In this document: positions 17,109-26,164 of the stretch, one piece after another | How the letters are laid out: every line of letters starts with the position of its first letter | How positions within the stretch are numbered: the first letter of the stretch is position 1 | Source of the DNA: Geotalea daltonii FRC-32 | GTDB taxonomy: Bacteria > Desulfobacterota > Desulfuromonadia > Geobacterales > Geobacteraceae | Assembly: GCF_000022265.1 (NCBI RefSeq) | Contig: NC_011979.1 | Location: 3,720,001 to 3,752,000 of the forward strand | DNA: 32,000 bases | Direction: 5' to 3' | The notes under the pieces: model-generated | Told to the model about the DNA's origin: nothing | Seen by the model: the letters and a program-made list of their open reading frames with translations, nothing else | Database searches by the model: none | Made by a program: the position numbers and the translations under genes

Positions 17109-17968
17109 GTGGGATTTTTCCCTTTCAGCTGGTAGATAATTGCCTCCGGCAAGCGCAGAGGAAGATAACAGGTAGTAATCCTGGACAGGGATTCGGAATG
17201 GCCGAGAAAAAGAAGCCCCTCATCCCTCAGAGAGTGGGCGAGATTTTCCACGATGCTTTTGATTGTTTCATCCCCGAAATAGATCAGCACATTCCTGCAG
17301 AAGATAATGTCCAGACCACCTTCCGGCAGGAGGTCCACATCCAGCAGGTTGCCCACCATGAAGCGGGTAATGCTTCGAACCGCCTCATTTACCTGATAGC
17401 CTTCACTGCATTCATTGAAATAGCGCTTGAGATACCGAGCAGGTGTCGATTGAAAGGCTCGCCCCGCATAAATGCCCTTCTTCGCCTGTGCAATAGCTTT
17501 ATGGTCCACATCAATGCCCGTTATGCGCACATCCCAACTCCAGGCAAAACAGCCCGATTCCAGAACAAGCATGGCCAACGTATAGACCTCTTCCCCCGTA
17601 GAGCAGCCTGCTGAAAGGATCCGCAGCGTTTTATCGCCATCTCTCAGCTTCTTCTCTTTCAGGGCAGGAAGCATAGCTTGGGAAAAAGCATTCAATTGAC
17701 TCTCTTCCCTGAAAAAATAGGTCTCATTGTTGGTCAGGAGGGAAATGAAGGTGTTGAGCTCTTCCGCAGCTTGCGGGCCGAACTTGAGGTAAGCATAATA
17801 TTCGGAAAAGGTGGAAAGCCTGAGCTGTCGGAGGTGGGGTAACAGCTTGAGAGACAGTGCCTCCCTCCTGCTGCTCTCCAGTTTCAGACCGAATTTCGAC
17901 GCCACGTAGTCCTTCAAAAGCCTGAACTCTTCTGAAGTCATGACCGGTTTGGCAGAGCTTCCCATCAT
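17105..17968 (-). CDS. cheR: chemotaxis protein methyltransferase CheR (paralogue 1)
   Basis: Motifs seen are NETYFFRE, the SAM-binding LSAGCSTGEEVYTLAM and IFCRNVLIYF. Confidence 0.9.
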   Translation of the reverse strand: MMGSSAKPVMTSEEFRLLKDYVASKFGLKLESSRREALSLKLLPHLRQLRLSTFSEYYAYLKFGPQAAEELNTFISLLTNNETYFFREESQLNAFSQAMLPALKEKKLRDGDKTLRILSAGCSTGEEVYTLAMLVLESGCFAWSWDVRITGIDVDHKAIAQAKKGIYAGRAFQSTPARYLKRYFNECSEGYQVNEAVRSITRFMVGNLLDVDLLPEGGLDIIFCRNVLIYFGDETIKSIVENLAHSLRDEGLLFLGHSESLSRITTCYLPLRLPEAIIYQLKGKNPT

Positions 17969-18008
17969 TTAGTGTCCCGTTTCTCCAGGACATTCGTCCT
18001 GGCCAGCA

Positions 18009-20249
18009 TCAGGCCCGGCCTCCTCTGAGGACAAGAGCATGACTGGCTGCTGTCCGTATCTCTTCAACAGGGTCATTTTTTACCAGGTCAGCCAGGACTC
18101 CCATGCTCTGCTCATCATCAAATTTGCCGATTACGGAAAGTACTCCCTGACGCAACAACAACGGTTCATTGCCTCCAGCCAATGCATGGAGCTGGGAAAG
18201 ATGAGCCGATCCCAGCTCATAAAGCGCTTCACTAGCGTATTTGACAAGTTCCGGGTCGGCAAGGCATTTCGCCAGTTCCGGCACGGCAAGACAGTTTCCC
18301 GTTTCTGCCAGAGCAGACACGGCATTTTTCTTCACCATAATATCAGGATCTTTCAAGGCTGCGGCAATAAAAGGAATAGCAGAATCGGAGCCAGATCTTC
18401 CCAGTCCCTGCAATGCCGCTGCCCGCACACTCCAGTGCCGGTCCTGTGTGGCTTCGGCAATTTCCTCGACAAATTCGCCAGCCGCAATGCTTGCCAGGGC
18501 CTGGACGGCCAGCCGCCTGATATCGGGATCGCCATGACCAAGGTATCGGGACAGGGTTTGCCATCCTCCTCCTTTTCTGCTGCCGATCTTGCCGAGGGCT
18601 TCAATGACGGCAAATTCCAGGCGGGTGGAAATGCCGCCATCTGCCAGGTAGTCTACCAGTGTCATTTCAGCTTCTGTCCTGCCGATTCTGCCCATGGCCA
18701 TGATGATCTCATAATCGAGCCGCTCATCCTGCCTGCCAAGTTGCTCCAGGATATGGTTCACAGGCATAGCCTCCCCATACTCGGTCAGGGAAAACAGCGC
18801 TTCCCGCCTGACCAGTTCTTCTTCATCCGAAAGTGCGGAAACCAATAGGGACAAGAACTCCTTTTTCTTCCATTTTCCGGCCGCTTTCACCGCTTCCAGG
18901 CGGACAAGAACTTCCCTGTCGTCAAACAGCCCCGACAGGTGATCGGTGAAGATATCAGCTTCGGCATAGCCTGAAACGAGGGCGGCAACCATTCTCTGCT
19001 GCAGATCGGCAGATTGGAAGAGATGATTGCACAGAGGGCTGATCCTGTCGGGAGAGAATCGCGAAATCACCTTTGCTGCCATGTCAGTCATGGAGTTGGC
19101 GGTACTGCCGTTCTCCAGCATGGATTCCGCCAGCTTGAATACCTCGGGCTCCGTTGTGCCGGCCAGAGAAGCAAGCACCTCCAGCTGGACCTCGGGAGAG
19201 CCCTGATGAAAGAGGGACAGCAGGTGATCCACCGAAACCTTGCCGTTCAGATTGCGCAACAGACACAGGACTACCGCCTGGACCTTCTGACTGTTGCGGA
19301 GCAGTCCTTCCTCAAGGGTGGTGGCGGCAGAGGCCATGCCTGTTATGGCTTTTTTCACGACTTCCTCGTAATCGTGCTCTTCCAGGAGTCTCAACAGTGT
19401 CGGGATTGCAGCCTTCTCGCCCACAAGCCCCAACAATGCCACAGCGGCCCCCTTGCCATCCCCGTTTCCGCTGGAAAGGTGCCGCAACAGGTTTTCTATG
19501 CCTCGCCTGGTAATGGAGGACACCAGGTAGTCCTTTGCAACAGCGCCCCCCTTCTCGACAACGGCAACGATGGCCCCGGCAGCTGCAGCAATGTGCTTCT
19601 CCGGATCGTCACAAAGAACTTTCAGCAAATGGGGCAGCGCCCTGGCATCGCCAATCTTGCCCAGAGCCTTCAATACCGGGTCCATCAGCAATTCATGGTC
19701 AAGGAGAGGTATCAGGTGGGGTACTGCGCGGCTGTCCGCCATTTCCCCCATGGCGACCACGGCAGGATATTGCAGCCAGAAATCTCCTTCCAGCAATTGG
19801 ATGAGGGGCAGCAAAGCGGCATCGTCACCGATTTTTCCCAGTGCCTCGGCTGCAGCATGACTGACATTGATATCCGGGTCCCGCAAAGCTTCGATCAATG
19901 GGTAAAGGGCCTCGCGACTGGCGATATCCCCGAGCATTACCGCGCTGAAATTCCTCACTTCCTCATCCGCATCCCGCAAAAGCGCAATCAGGGCAGGAAC
20001 CGCCTGTCGGCCGAATCTGACCAGGACTTCCATTGCCCCGTTCCTCAGGTCGGCATTACCGTCGTTTCTCACCGCACTTTCCAGCACTGGATAAATTTCC
20101 GGAAAGCCAATGGAAAGTGCCTGATCCATGGCCTCAGCCCTGAATCCCAGATCCTGATCCCCCACAAGCAGCAGCAAATCTTCGACAGATTTGTCGGCCA
20201 TGCAGGAATCAATCGGCTTTTTACCCTCAAGCGGCTTTGCCATGTCCAT
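18009..20249 (-). CDS. HEAT-repeat (PBS-lyase-type) protein, 746 aa, function unknown
   Basis: The protein has many ~31-aa repeats of the form D.D..VR..A..ALG.IG...A...L...L. Examples are DADEEVRNFSAVMLGDIASREALYPLIEALRDPDINVSHAAAEALGKIGDDAALLPLIQLL and DRHWSVRAAALQGLGRSGSDSAIPFIAAALKDPDIMVKKNAVSALAETG. No TM segment, signal peptide or catalytic motif was seen. Confidence 0.8.
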   Translation of the reverse strand: MDMAKPLEGKKPIDSCMADKSVEDLLLLVGDQDLGFRAEAMDQALSIGFPEIYPVLESAVRNDGNADLRNGAMEVLVRFGRQAVPALIALLRDADEEVRNFSAVMLGDIASREALYPLIEALRDPDINVSHAAAEALGKIGDDAALLPLIQLLEGDFWLQYPAVVAMGEMADSRAVPHLIPLLDHELLMDPVLKALGKIGDARALPHLLKVLCDDPEKHIAAAAGAIVAVVEKGGAVAKDYLVSSITRRGIENLLRHLSSGNGDGKGAAVALLGLVGEKAAIPTLLRLLEEHDYEEVVKKAITGMASAATTLEEGLLRNSQKVQAVVLCLLRNLNGKVSVDHLLSLFHQGSPEVQLEVLASLAGTTEPEVFKLAESMLENGSTANSMTDMAAKVISRFSPDRISPLCNHLFQSADLQQRMVAALVSGYAEADIFTDHLSGLFDDREVLVRLEAVKAAGKWKKKEFLSLLVSALSDEEELVRREALFSLTEYGEAMPVNHILEQLGRQDERLDYEIIMAMGRIGRTEAEMTLVDYLADGGISTRLEFAVIEALGKIGSRKGGGWQTLSRYLGHGDPDIRRLAVQALASIAAGEFVEEIAEATQDRHWSVRAAALQGLGRSGSDSAIPFIAAALKDPDIMVKKNAVSALAETGNCLAVPELAKCLADPELVKYASEALYELGSAHLSQLHALAGGNEPLLLRQGVLSVIGKFDDEQSMGVLADLVKNDPVEEIRTAASHALVLRGGRA

Positions 20250-21129
20250 TTTTCTCCACTCTCGTATAAATCAGGCATTCAGCATCATTAACCGTCTGAA
20301 ACCCGTGATCGTAAATATGCAGGGCCTCCGCATCACCGGTAAAGAGGAACCCGCCGGGCAACAGCAGGTTGTACAGGGAATTTACCAGGCGCTGCTGGGT
20401 ATCGATCGAAAAATAGATCATCACGTTTCTGCAGAATATGAAATCAAAACCACTGAAGCCGTTTTCCACCGGCAGAGACTCGCCATTGACAACCCCAAGC
20501 AGGTTGAGCGGAAAAAAGCGGATCAGTTTCTTCACCTCTTCCCGAACCATGGCACCGCCGTCAACACATTCCAGGTACTTCTCGCGAAATGCCGGCGGCA
20601 ATCCCTTCAACCGTTCTCCCTCATAAAAGCCCGTTTCCGCCTTTTTCAGACAGGCCGAACTCAGATCGCCGGCAAGGATCTCCACGTCCCATGCCTTTGG
20701 ATAGCGCAGGGATTCAAGCAGAGCCATGGCAATGGAATAGGGCTCTTCTCCGGTGGAACAGCCCGCGCAGAGTACCCTGATTTTCATGATGGAAGCAGAA
20801 GGGGGCGATTCTGCCTTTCCCCAGGAACTTATGATTTGCATCCCTCTCTTTATTTCCATAGCCGGGATGATGTTCTTCATCAGATAATCGAATTGGGAGC
20901 CGTTTCTGAAAAAGAAGGTCTCGTTGGTGGTAACCAGATCCATGAGAGCAGATTCCTCACTGCCGGAATTCTGCAGAAAATCAAGGTAAGAGGCCAGGTC
21001 CGGCAGGCCCAGAAAAGCCACGCGCTCCTCCAGCCTGGCCTTGAGGACCTGCCTCTTGTTTCCCTTGAAGTAAAGCATGCTCCGGTCACGGATGAACTTC
21101 TCAATGGCAATAAACGCAGTATTTACCAA
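20227..21129 (-). CDS. cheR: chemotaxis protein methyltransferase CheR (paralogue 2)
   Basis: Motifs seen are NETFFFRN, LCAGCSTGEEPYSIAM and IFCRNVMIYF. It has a TTG start at 21129, with no in-frame ATG/GTG before residue 18. Its 3' end overlaps the HEAT gene start by 17-23 nt. Confidence 0.85.
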   Translation of the reverse strand: MVNTAFIAIEKFIRDRSMLYFKGNKRQVLKARLEERVAFLGLPDLASYLDFLQNSGSEESALMDLVTTNETFFFRNGSQFDYLMKNIIPAMEIKRGMQIISSWGKAESPPSASIMKIRVLCAGCSTGEEPYSIAMALLESLRYPKAWDVEILAGDLSSACLKKAETGFYEGERLKGLPPAFREKYLECVDGGAMVREEVKKLIRFFPLNLLGVVNGESLPVENGFSGFDFIFCRNVMIYFSIDTQQRLVNSLYNLLLPGGFLFTGDAEALHIYDHGFQTVNDAECLIYTRVEKNGHGKAA

Positions 21130-21140
21130 AATTTCACCAT

Positions 21141-23450
21141 CTAGTTGACCTTGAACTCAGCCACCAGGCCAGCCAAGTCAACCGCCTGTGCCGAAAGGTT
21201 CTGGGCAGCTTTGGAAAGCTGCTCCACCGAAGACAGATTTTCGCGGGTGATGTCGCTGATGTTCTCCACAGCCGCAACAACCATCTCGCCCCCTTTCTTC
21301 TGCTCCGCCGTGGCATTGGCAACCGACTGGGTCATGCTGTTCATGGTTGTGATGGCATCGGCAATCTGGCGGGCAGAAAGGGCCTGTTCCTTTGTGGCAA
21401 TCGCCACCTGGCCGGTGACATGATTCATGTTCTCCACCGCCACCCTGATCTGGCGGCTACCCTGTGTCTGTTCCTTGGTGGCTCCGGTTACTTCCTGGGT
21501 GAGGTTGTTCATCCTCTCCACGGCCGTCCTGATCTGACGTCCTCCCAGTGCCTGCTCCTTGGCAGCATTTGCAACGAGAGCCGATGACTTGCTCATCCTG
21601 TCCACCGCCTGCAGCACCTGGGTCGAGGCCTTCGCCTGCTCGTTGGCGGTTGCAGAGATGGAGGTCATCAGGTTGCTGGTCTGCTCCACGCTACTGACGA
21701 TGTTCTCCAGGGCATTTCCCGCCACATTGGAAAGCTCCATGGAGGCCTTGGCTTCCTTGGATGCCAACTCCCCGTACTTCACCGAATTGCTGGTATCCAC
21801 CTGCACCTGCTTGATGACCAGGCCGATTTCCTTGGTGGCATTGACACTCCGCTCCGCCAGCTTTCTCACCTCTTCGGCGACGACGGCGAAACCTCTCCCC
21901 GCATCGCCGGCCCGGGCCGCTTCGATGGCAGCATTGAGGGCCAACAGGTTTGTCTGATCTGCAATCTCGTTGATGACCTTGACGATGCTGCCGATCTCCT
22001 CCGAACGCTTGTCCAGATTGAGAATGGAGTCGGCGGTCTTTTCGATGACCCCTGCCACCCTGTTCATGGAAGCAAGTGCCTCTTCAACGGCCTGCTTACC
22101 CGCATAACCTTCCTTTGCCGCCGTTTTGGCCACAGAGTCAGCCTCTTCCACATTTTTTGCCACCTGGCCCACCGATACCGCCATCTGTTCCACTATGGCC
22201 GCTGTTTCCGTTACCACGCTCTGCAGCTCCTGGGAGTTGCCGGCAACCTGGTCTATGGATACGGTCATCTGCTCTATGGTGGAAGAAGTTTCCGCTACGG
22301 ATGAAGCCAGCTCTTCGGCATTCTGCGCCACCTTGTCGATGGAAACGGTCATCTGCTCGATGGTTGCGGAAGTCTCGGCGACAGAGGAAGACATGACTTC
22401 CGCCCCCTTGGCCAGCTGCTCGCTGGTCGCCCCCAGCTCCTGAACCGTGGATGCCACCTCATCGGCGTTGCTGGCCAGGGAATCGGCATTGCCCGCCACC
22501 GTCTGGATGGAGGCCGCCATCTGCACCATGGTGCTGGAGGTTTCCTCGGCCGCCGATGCCTGGCTGTGGGCTGCCTTTGTCAGCTGGTCGGAGCCGGCGG
22601 AGATCTGGTTGGCAGCTGAGGCCACCTGGTCCGAGCTTGTCATTATCTTGCCGATCATACTGCGCAGGCTTTCGGTCATGGTGTTCATGGCCGACATGAA
22701 CTGACCCACCTCATCCCTTGATTTCACCAGTACTGTCGCGGTAAGATCGCCTGCGGCAAGTCGGTTGGCAGTGTCAACGGCTATGCTCAGGGGTCCGGTG
22801 ATACTTCTGGTCAGCAAAACGCCGGTCAGAACGCTCAAACAGAGTGCCACAATGATGCAGATCACGATGATCGATACCGTCTGCCGGGCAAGCTCCGTCA
22901 TCACCTTTTGCATGGATTGCATGCGCTCGATGCCCTGTTGGGCCAGTTCCGTGGCCACTGCTTCCAGCTTGTGAATCGGCTCTTTAAAATCAGATATCGC
23001 CTTGTTACCCTCCTCCGGCGTTTTCACCTCTCCGGCGGCTATCATGGCCATGACACCAGCCATCCCCTTGTCATACTCAGCCATGTCACTTTTCATGCTT
23101 TTTACAGCATCCTTGTCCTTGTTCGAGCTTACCACCTTCTCCAGATCAGCTATACGAGCAGCCAGGTGTTCCTGCATCTCCTTCCATTTTCCCTTGTATT
23201 CAGTGACCTTTGCACTGTCCTTCACATTAAGGAACAAGTCCTTTTCGAAGCGGCGCAAGGCCAGTACGTCTGCCCTGGCCCTGGCTGAATTCTCAGCGAT
23301 CTCGGAGTCGGTTTGCAGCATCCTGATAGTGGCGCCGGTACTGGTCTTGACCCCCCAGTACCCCACTCCGCCCACAATAATCATCAGCATCAGCAACAGC
23401 AGAAAGCCCAATCCCAACCTGACTCCGATTCTCATGTTTGCCAACATCAT
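21141..23450 (-). CDS. mcp: methyl-accepting chemotaxis protein with periplasmic four-helix-bundle-type sensor, HAMP domain and an unusually long signalling domain
   Basis: Two TM segments flank a ~165-aa helical periplasmic region ([10 protein letters not shown]), followed by a HAMP domain ([18 protein letters not shown]...). The conserved hairpin tip is [40 protein letters not shown]. The ATG-ATG at 23450/23447 (MMLANMRIG...) follows a GGGAGG RBS. The track start at 23507 overlaps cheW. Confidence 0.92.
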   Translation of the reverse strand: MMLANMRIGVRLGLGFLLLLMLMIIVGGVGYWGVKTSTGATIRMLQTDSEIAENSARARADVLALRRFEKDLFLNVKDSAKVTEYKGKWKEMQEHLAARIADLEKVVSSNKDKDAVKSMKSDMAEYDKGMAGVMAMIAAGEVKTPEEGNKAISDFKEPIHKLEAVATELAQQGIERMQSMQKVMTELARQTVSIIVICIIVALCLSVLTGVLLTRSITGPLSIAVDTANRLAAGDLTATVLVKSRDEVGQFMSAMNTMTESLRSMIGKIMTSSDQVASAANQISAGSDQLTKAAHSQASAAEETSSTMVQMAASIQTVAGNADSLASNADEVASTVQELGATSEQLAKGAEVMSSSVAETSATIEQMTVSIDKVAQNAEELASSVAETSSTIEQMTVSIDQVAGNSQELQSVVTETAAIVEQMAVSVGQVAKNVEEADSVAKTAAKEGYAGKQAVEEALASMNRVAGVIEKTADSILNLDKRSEEIGSIVKVINEIADQTNLLALNAAIEAARAGDAGRGFAVVAEEVRKLAERSVNATKEIGLVIKQVQVDTSNSVKYGELASKEAKASMELSNVAGNALENIVSSVEQTSNLMTSISATANEQAKASTQVLQAVDRMSKSSALVANAAKEQALGGRQIRTAVERMNNLTQEVTGATKEQTQGSRQIRVAVENMNHVTGQVAIATKEQALSARQIADAITTMNSMTQSVANATAEQKKGGEMVVAAVENISDITRENLSSVEQLSKAAQNLSAQAVDLAGLVAEFKVN
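21225..21644 (-). repeat. five tandem 84-nt (28-codon, 4-heptad) repeats in the descending arm of the MCP coiled coil
   Basis: The five units are [112 protein letters not shown] and [28 protein letters not shown]. Confidence 0.65.
22137..22556 (-). repeat. five tandem 84-nt (28-codon) repeats in the ascending arm of the MCP coiled coil
   Basis: The five units are [112 protein letters not shown] and [28 protein letters not shown]. Units 3 and 4 are near-identical at DNA level: acggtcatctgctc recurs at 22261 and 22345, exactly 84 nt apart. Confidence 0.7.
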
Positions 23451-23490
23451 ATACCTCCCTTTTTTCCCTATGTGACTATTCAAAAATGAT

Positions 23491-24057
23491 TTAAATTGCA
23501 GCGCCATCGGTAAGGAAGAGCGAACGATTCAGATCGAGGATGATGATCAGCCGGCCGTCCAGTTTCCCCACCCCTTTGATGTAATTCTGGTCGACACTGA
23601 TTGCCTCTTCGGGAATCTCCTCGATAACGGAAGCGGAAAGCTTGAGCACCTGGGAAACGCCGTCTACCAGCATGCCGAGCCTTTTGTTCCTTATGTCGAT
23701 GACGATGATCCGCTGCTCTTCCGAATCCTCCACCTCAGCCATGCCGAAACGTGTGCGCAGGTCCACCACCGGAATGATCTTGCCCCGCAGGTTGATAACC
23801 CCACGCACATGGGAGGGTGCACCCGGCACCTGGGTAATATCGGCAGCTCGGATGATTTCCTGGACAGAGCTGATATCGACACCATACTCCTCCCGTCCCA
23901 GCCTGAAGGTGACCAGGTGGTGGAGCAGGTCCTCCTGTTGTGCGGCAGCCACAACCAGATCCGAATCCAGCGACCTTTGCGCCTTGTCCATGTACTGGGC
24001 CAGGATGTCTTCAGCCAGTCCCGAAGACGGCAGTGTTTTCGTGTCATTTTCCTGCAT
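23491..24057 (-). CDS. cheW: chemotaxis coupling protein CheW
   Basis: The 188-aa protein has a CheW-like domain ([23 protein letters not shown]...[14 protein letters not shown]...LVDGVSQVL). An AGGAGG RBS precedes the ATG, and the gene overlaps the cheA stop by 14 nt. Confidence 0.9.
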   Translation of the reverse strand: MQENDTKTLPSSGLAEDILAQYMDKAQRSLDSDLVVAAAQQEDLLHHLVTFRLGREEYGVDISSVQEIIRAADITQVPGAPSHVRGVINLRGKIIPVVDLRTRFGMAEVEDSEEQRIIVIDIRNKRLGMLVDGVSQVLKLSASVIEEIPEEAISVDQNYIKGVGKLDGRLIIILDLNRSLFLTDGAAI

Positions 24058-25714
24058 CGATTCTCCCTCCTTTTGCCTTGCCGATAAGAGACGCTATGTC
24101 AAAGATGAGCGCTATTTTTCCATTCCCCAGTATCGTTCCCCCGGCAATGCCGGGCAGTGCGCCCAGATAATCGTCCATGGCCTTGATGACGATTTCCTGC
24201 TGACCGATCAGCCGGTCGACCACGAGACCGCCCCGACGCTCTCCGCTGCCGACAACGACCACATATTCCGTCTCTTCCTGCTTTAGCTGGGGAAGCCCGA
24301 AGAAACTGCCGACGCGTACCAGTGGTAGGAGCCGGTCCCGCAGCTGTATCACCTCACCGTCCGCCACCTCATGAATATCACCCCTGTCAACCTTGATGCT
24401 CTCCAGCACACCCGAAAGGGGAATGGCGTAAGTATCACCGGACACCTCCACCATCAGCGACGTGATTATGGCAAGTGTGAGCGGCAGCTTGATGGTAAAG
24501 GTGGTGCCAACCCCCATGGCGCTCTCGATATCGATCATGCCGTTGAAGGAAGCGACAATATTCTTGACCACATCCAGGCCGATACCGCGCCCCGAGGTCT
24601 CGGTAACCTCCTCCTTGGTGGAAAATCCCGGCAAGAACATCAACTGCAGCGCTTCATGATCCGACAGTGCACGTGCCTGCCGGCTGTCGATCAGCCCCTT
24701 GCTGACTGCCGCATTCCTCAATCTTTCCGGAGAGATGCCACTCCCATCGTCCTCAACGGATATGACCATATGATTGTTTTCGTGACGTGCCCGGAGCGTG
24801 AGGATTCCCTTGGCAGGTTTACCGCTCCGCCTGCGCACTTCGGGGTTTTCCAGGCCATGATCCACCGCATTGCGGATCAGGTGAAGAAGCGGCTCCCCTA
24901 TCTCATCGATAACGGTCTTGTCCAGTTCAGTATCTTCACCGATAAAAACCAGGTTCACCTCTTTGCCGTGGCACTGGCACAGATCCCGAACCAGGCGGTT
25001 GAACCGCTGGAAGACCACCTTTACCGGCAGCATCCGCGCCTTCATGATGGCTTCCCTCAGTTGCGCCGCGGTATCGCCGATCAGCTGGCTCGACTCCGTG
25101 AATGCCTCCACCAGTGATTTGTCATTGATCTCCCTGATGCGAGACTCCAGGGCGAGAAGGCCGGTACGGCGGATTACCAGTTCGCCCACCAGGTTGAGCA
25201 GATCGTCCAGTTTCTCGAAATTTACCTTCAGGGTACTGCTTTTCTGGCTGATGTAGCTGCTATCCTCTTTCTTGTCCGCCGTGGCAATGAACCCTTCCTT
25301 CTCCACCGCTCCGCTGGAAACACATTCCACCAGCATGGTGATGTCACTGAAATCGGCCTGGTACGCAGGGTTCTCAACCAGTTTTGCCAGTGACTCCCGG
25401 ATATTGTTGAGGGCCGCAAAGATAGCTTCGAAGAAGCCGTTGGTAAGGTGGATATTTCTCTCCAGAACCTGCTTGAAGGCCGCCTCAAGCTTGTGAACTA
25501 ACTGCTGAATGCTGCCGAGTCCCATCATCCCAGAATTGCCCTTGATCGTATGCAGATTTCCCAGGATCTGGGTAACAAGCGCTTCATCGGTGACACCCCG
25601 GCCATATTGCTTCTCAAGCTCCAGCAGTGCATTTTCCACCGCATCCAGGTGTCCTGTTGTGTCCTCAACGAAATCGGCCAGCAATACCGACAAATCTACT
25701 GTATTGTTCACCAT
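24044..25714 (-). CDS. cheA: chemotaxis histidine kinase CheA (P1-P3-P4-P5, no P2)
   Basis: The Hpt/P1 domain has the phospho-His context LHTIKGNSGMMG. A short linker leads to the dimerisation helix LKVNFEKLDDLLNLVGELVI. The kinase core has HLIRNAVDHG, DDGSGI and GRGIGLD. A C-terminal CheW-like domain follows. Confidence 0.92.
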   Translation of the reverse strand: MVNNTVDLSVLLADFVEDTTGHLDAVENALLELEKQYGRGVTDEALVTQILGNLHTIKGNSGMMGLGSIQQLVHKLEAAFKQVLERNIHLTNGFFEAIFAALNNIRESLAKLVENPAYQADFSDITMLVECVSSGAVEKEGFIATADKKEDSSYISQKSSTLKVNFEKLDDLLNLVGELVIRRTGLLALESRIREINDKSLVEAFTESSQLIGDTAAQLREAIMKARMLPVKVVFQRFNRLVRDLCQCHGKEVNLVFIGEDTELDKTVIDEIGEPLLHLIRNAVDHGLENPEVRRRSGKPAKGILTLRARHENNHMVISVEDDGSGISPERLRNAAVSKGLIDSRQARALSDHEALQLMFLPGFSTKEEVTETSGRGIGLDVVKNIVASFNGMIDIESAMGVGTTFTIKLPLTLAIITSLMVEVSGDTYAIPLSGVLESIKVDRGDIHEVADGEVIQLRDRLLPLVRVGSFFGLPQLKQEETEYVVVVGSGERRGGLVVDRLIGQQEIVIKAMDDYLGALPGIAGGTILGNGKIALIFDIASLIGKAKGGRIDAGK

Positions 25715-25725
25715 TCACTCCATGT

Positions 25726-26118
25726 TCATGAATTGCCAGACTGCGGCCGCTCGGGAATGATCTTGTCAATCAGTCCGTGGAGGTCCGACGGGTTGAAAGG
25801 TTTTCGCAGATAGGCCTTCGCCCCCATCTTCAGACAGCGAATGGTATCCTCTTCTTTCCCTTCCGTGCTGATGACGATGATGGGTATCCGGCTGGCGATC
25901 CCCAGAGCCGAGGCCTTTTCCAGGAATTGAACGCCGTTCATGACCGGCATGTTGATATCCAGGAGTATCAGCTGAATGTCCTTATCCTCGGCAAGCTTGT
26001 CCAGAGCTTCCTGACCGTTCATTGCATCCACGAGATCACAGTTGTAGCGAGATAATACCAGGCGGTACATCTGGTGAATCAAAGAGGAATCATCGACTAA
26101 AAGAATTTTGCTGAGCAT
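25726..26118 (-). CDS. cheY: single-domain response regulator CheY
   Basis: The 130-aa protein has ILLVDDSSL, the phospho-acceptor context LLDINMPVMNG, ISTEG and the conserved Lys in YLRKPF. AAGAGG RBS. Confidence 0.85.
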   Translation of the reverse strand: MLSKILLVDDSSLIHQMYRLVLSRYNCDLVDAMNGQEALDKLAEDKDIQLILLDINMPVMNGVQFLEKASALGIASRIPIIVISTEGKEEDTIRCLKMGAKAYLRKPFNPSDLHGLIDKIIPERPQSGNS

Positions 26119-26164
26119 GGGAACCTCTTGTCACTTTTGATTTTTAAATGCAGTAAAGCATTGA

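Noticed and set aside
17985-18002. Perfect 7-bp GC-rich hairpin CCAGGAC-attc-GTCCTGG between the HEAT gene stop and the cheR start.
   Set aside because: It has no U-tract, so it is not an intrinsic terminator. It could be an intercistronic mRNA stability or processing element, but a single 7-bp stem in a 40-nt gap is weak evidence, so I did not score it as a finding.
19014-20291. 425-aa plus-strand ORF. Similar long plus-strand ORFs lie at 14847-15827, 20191-21144, 30111-31091, 24371-25117, 18039-18848, 16447-17139 and 7479-8132.
   Set aside because: Each lies entirely antisense to a minus-strand gene with unmistakable family motifs (HEAT protein, tatC/ribF, cheR, rnr, cheA, cheB, pilT). Their translations are low-complexity and Arg/Gly/Pro/His/Gln-rich with no recognisable motifs, and I saw no RBS. 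They are typical shadow ORFs of moderately GC-rich coding DNA.
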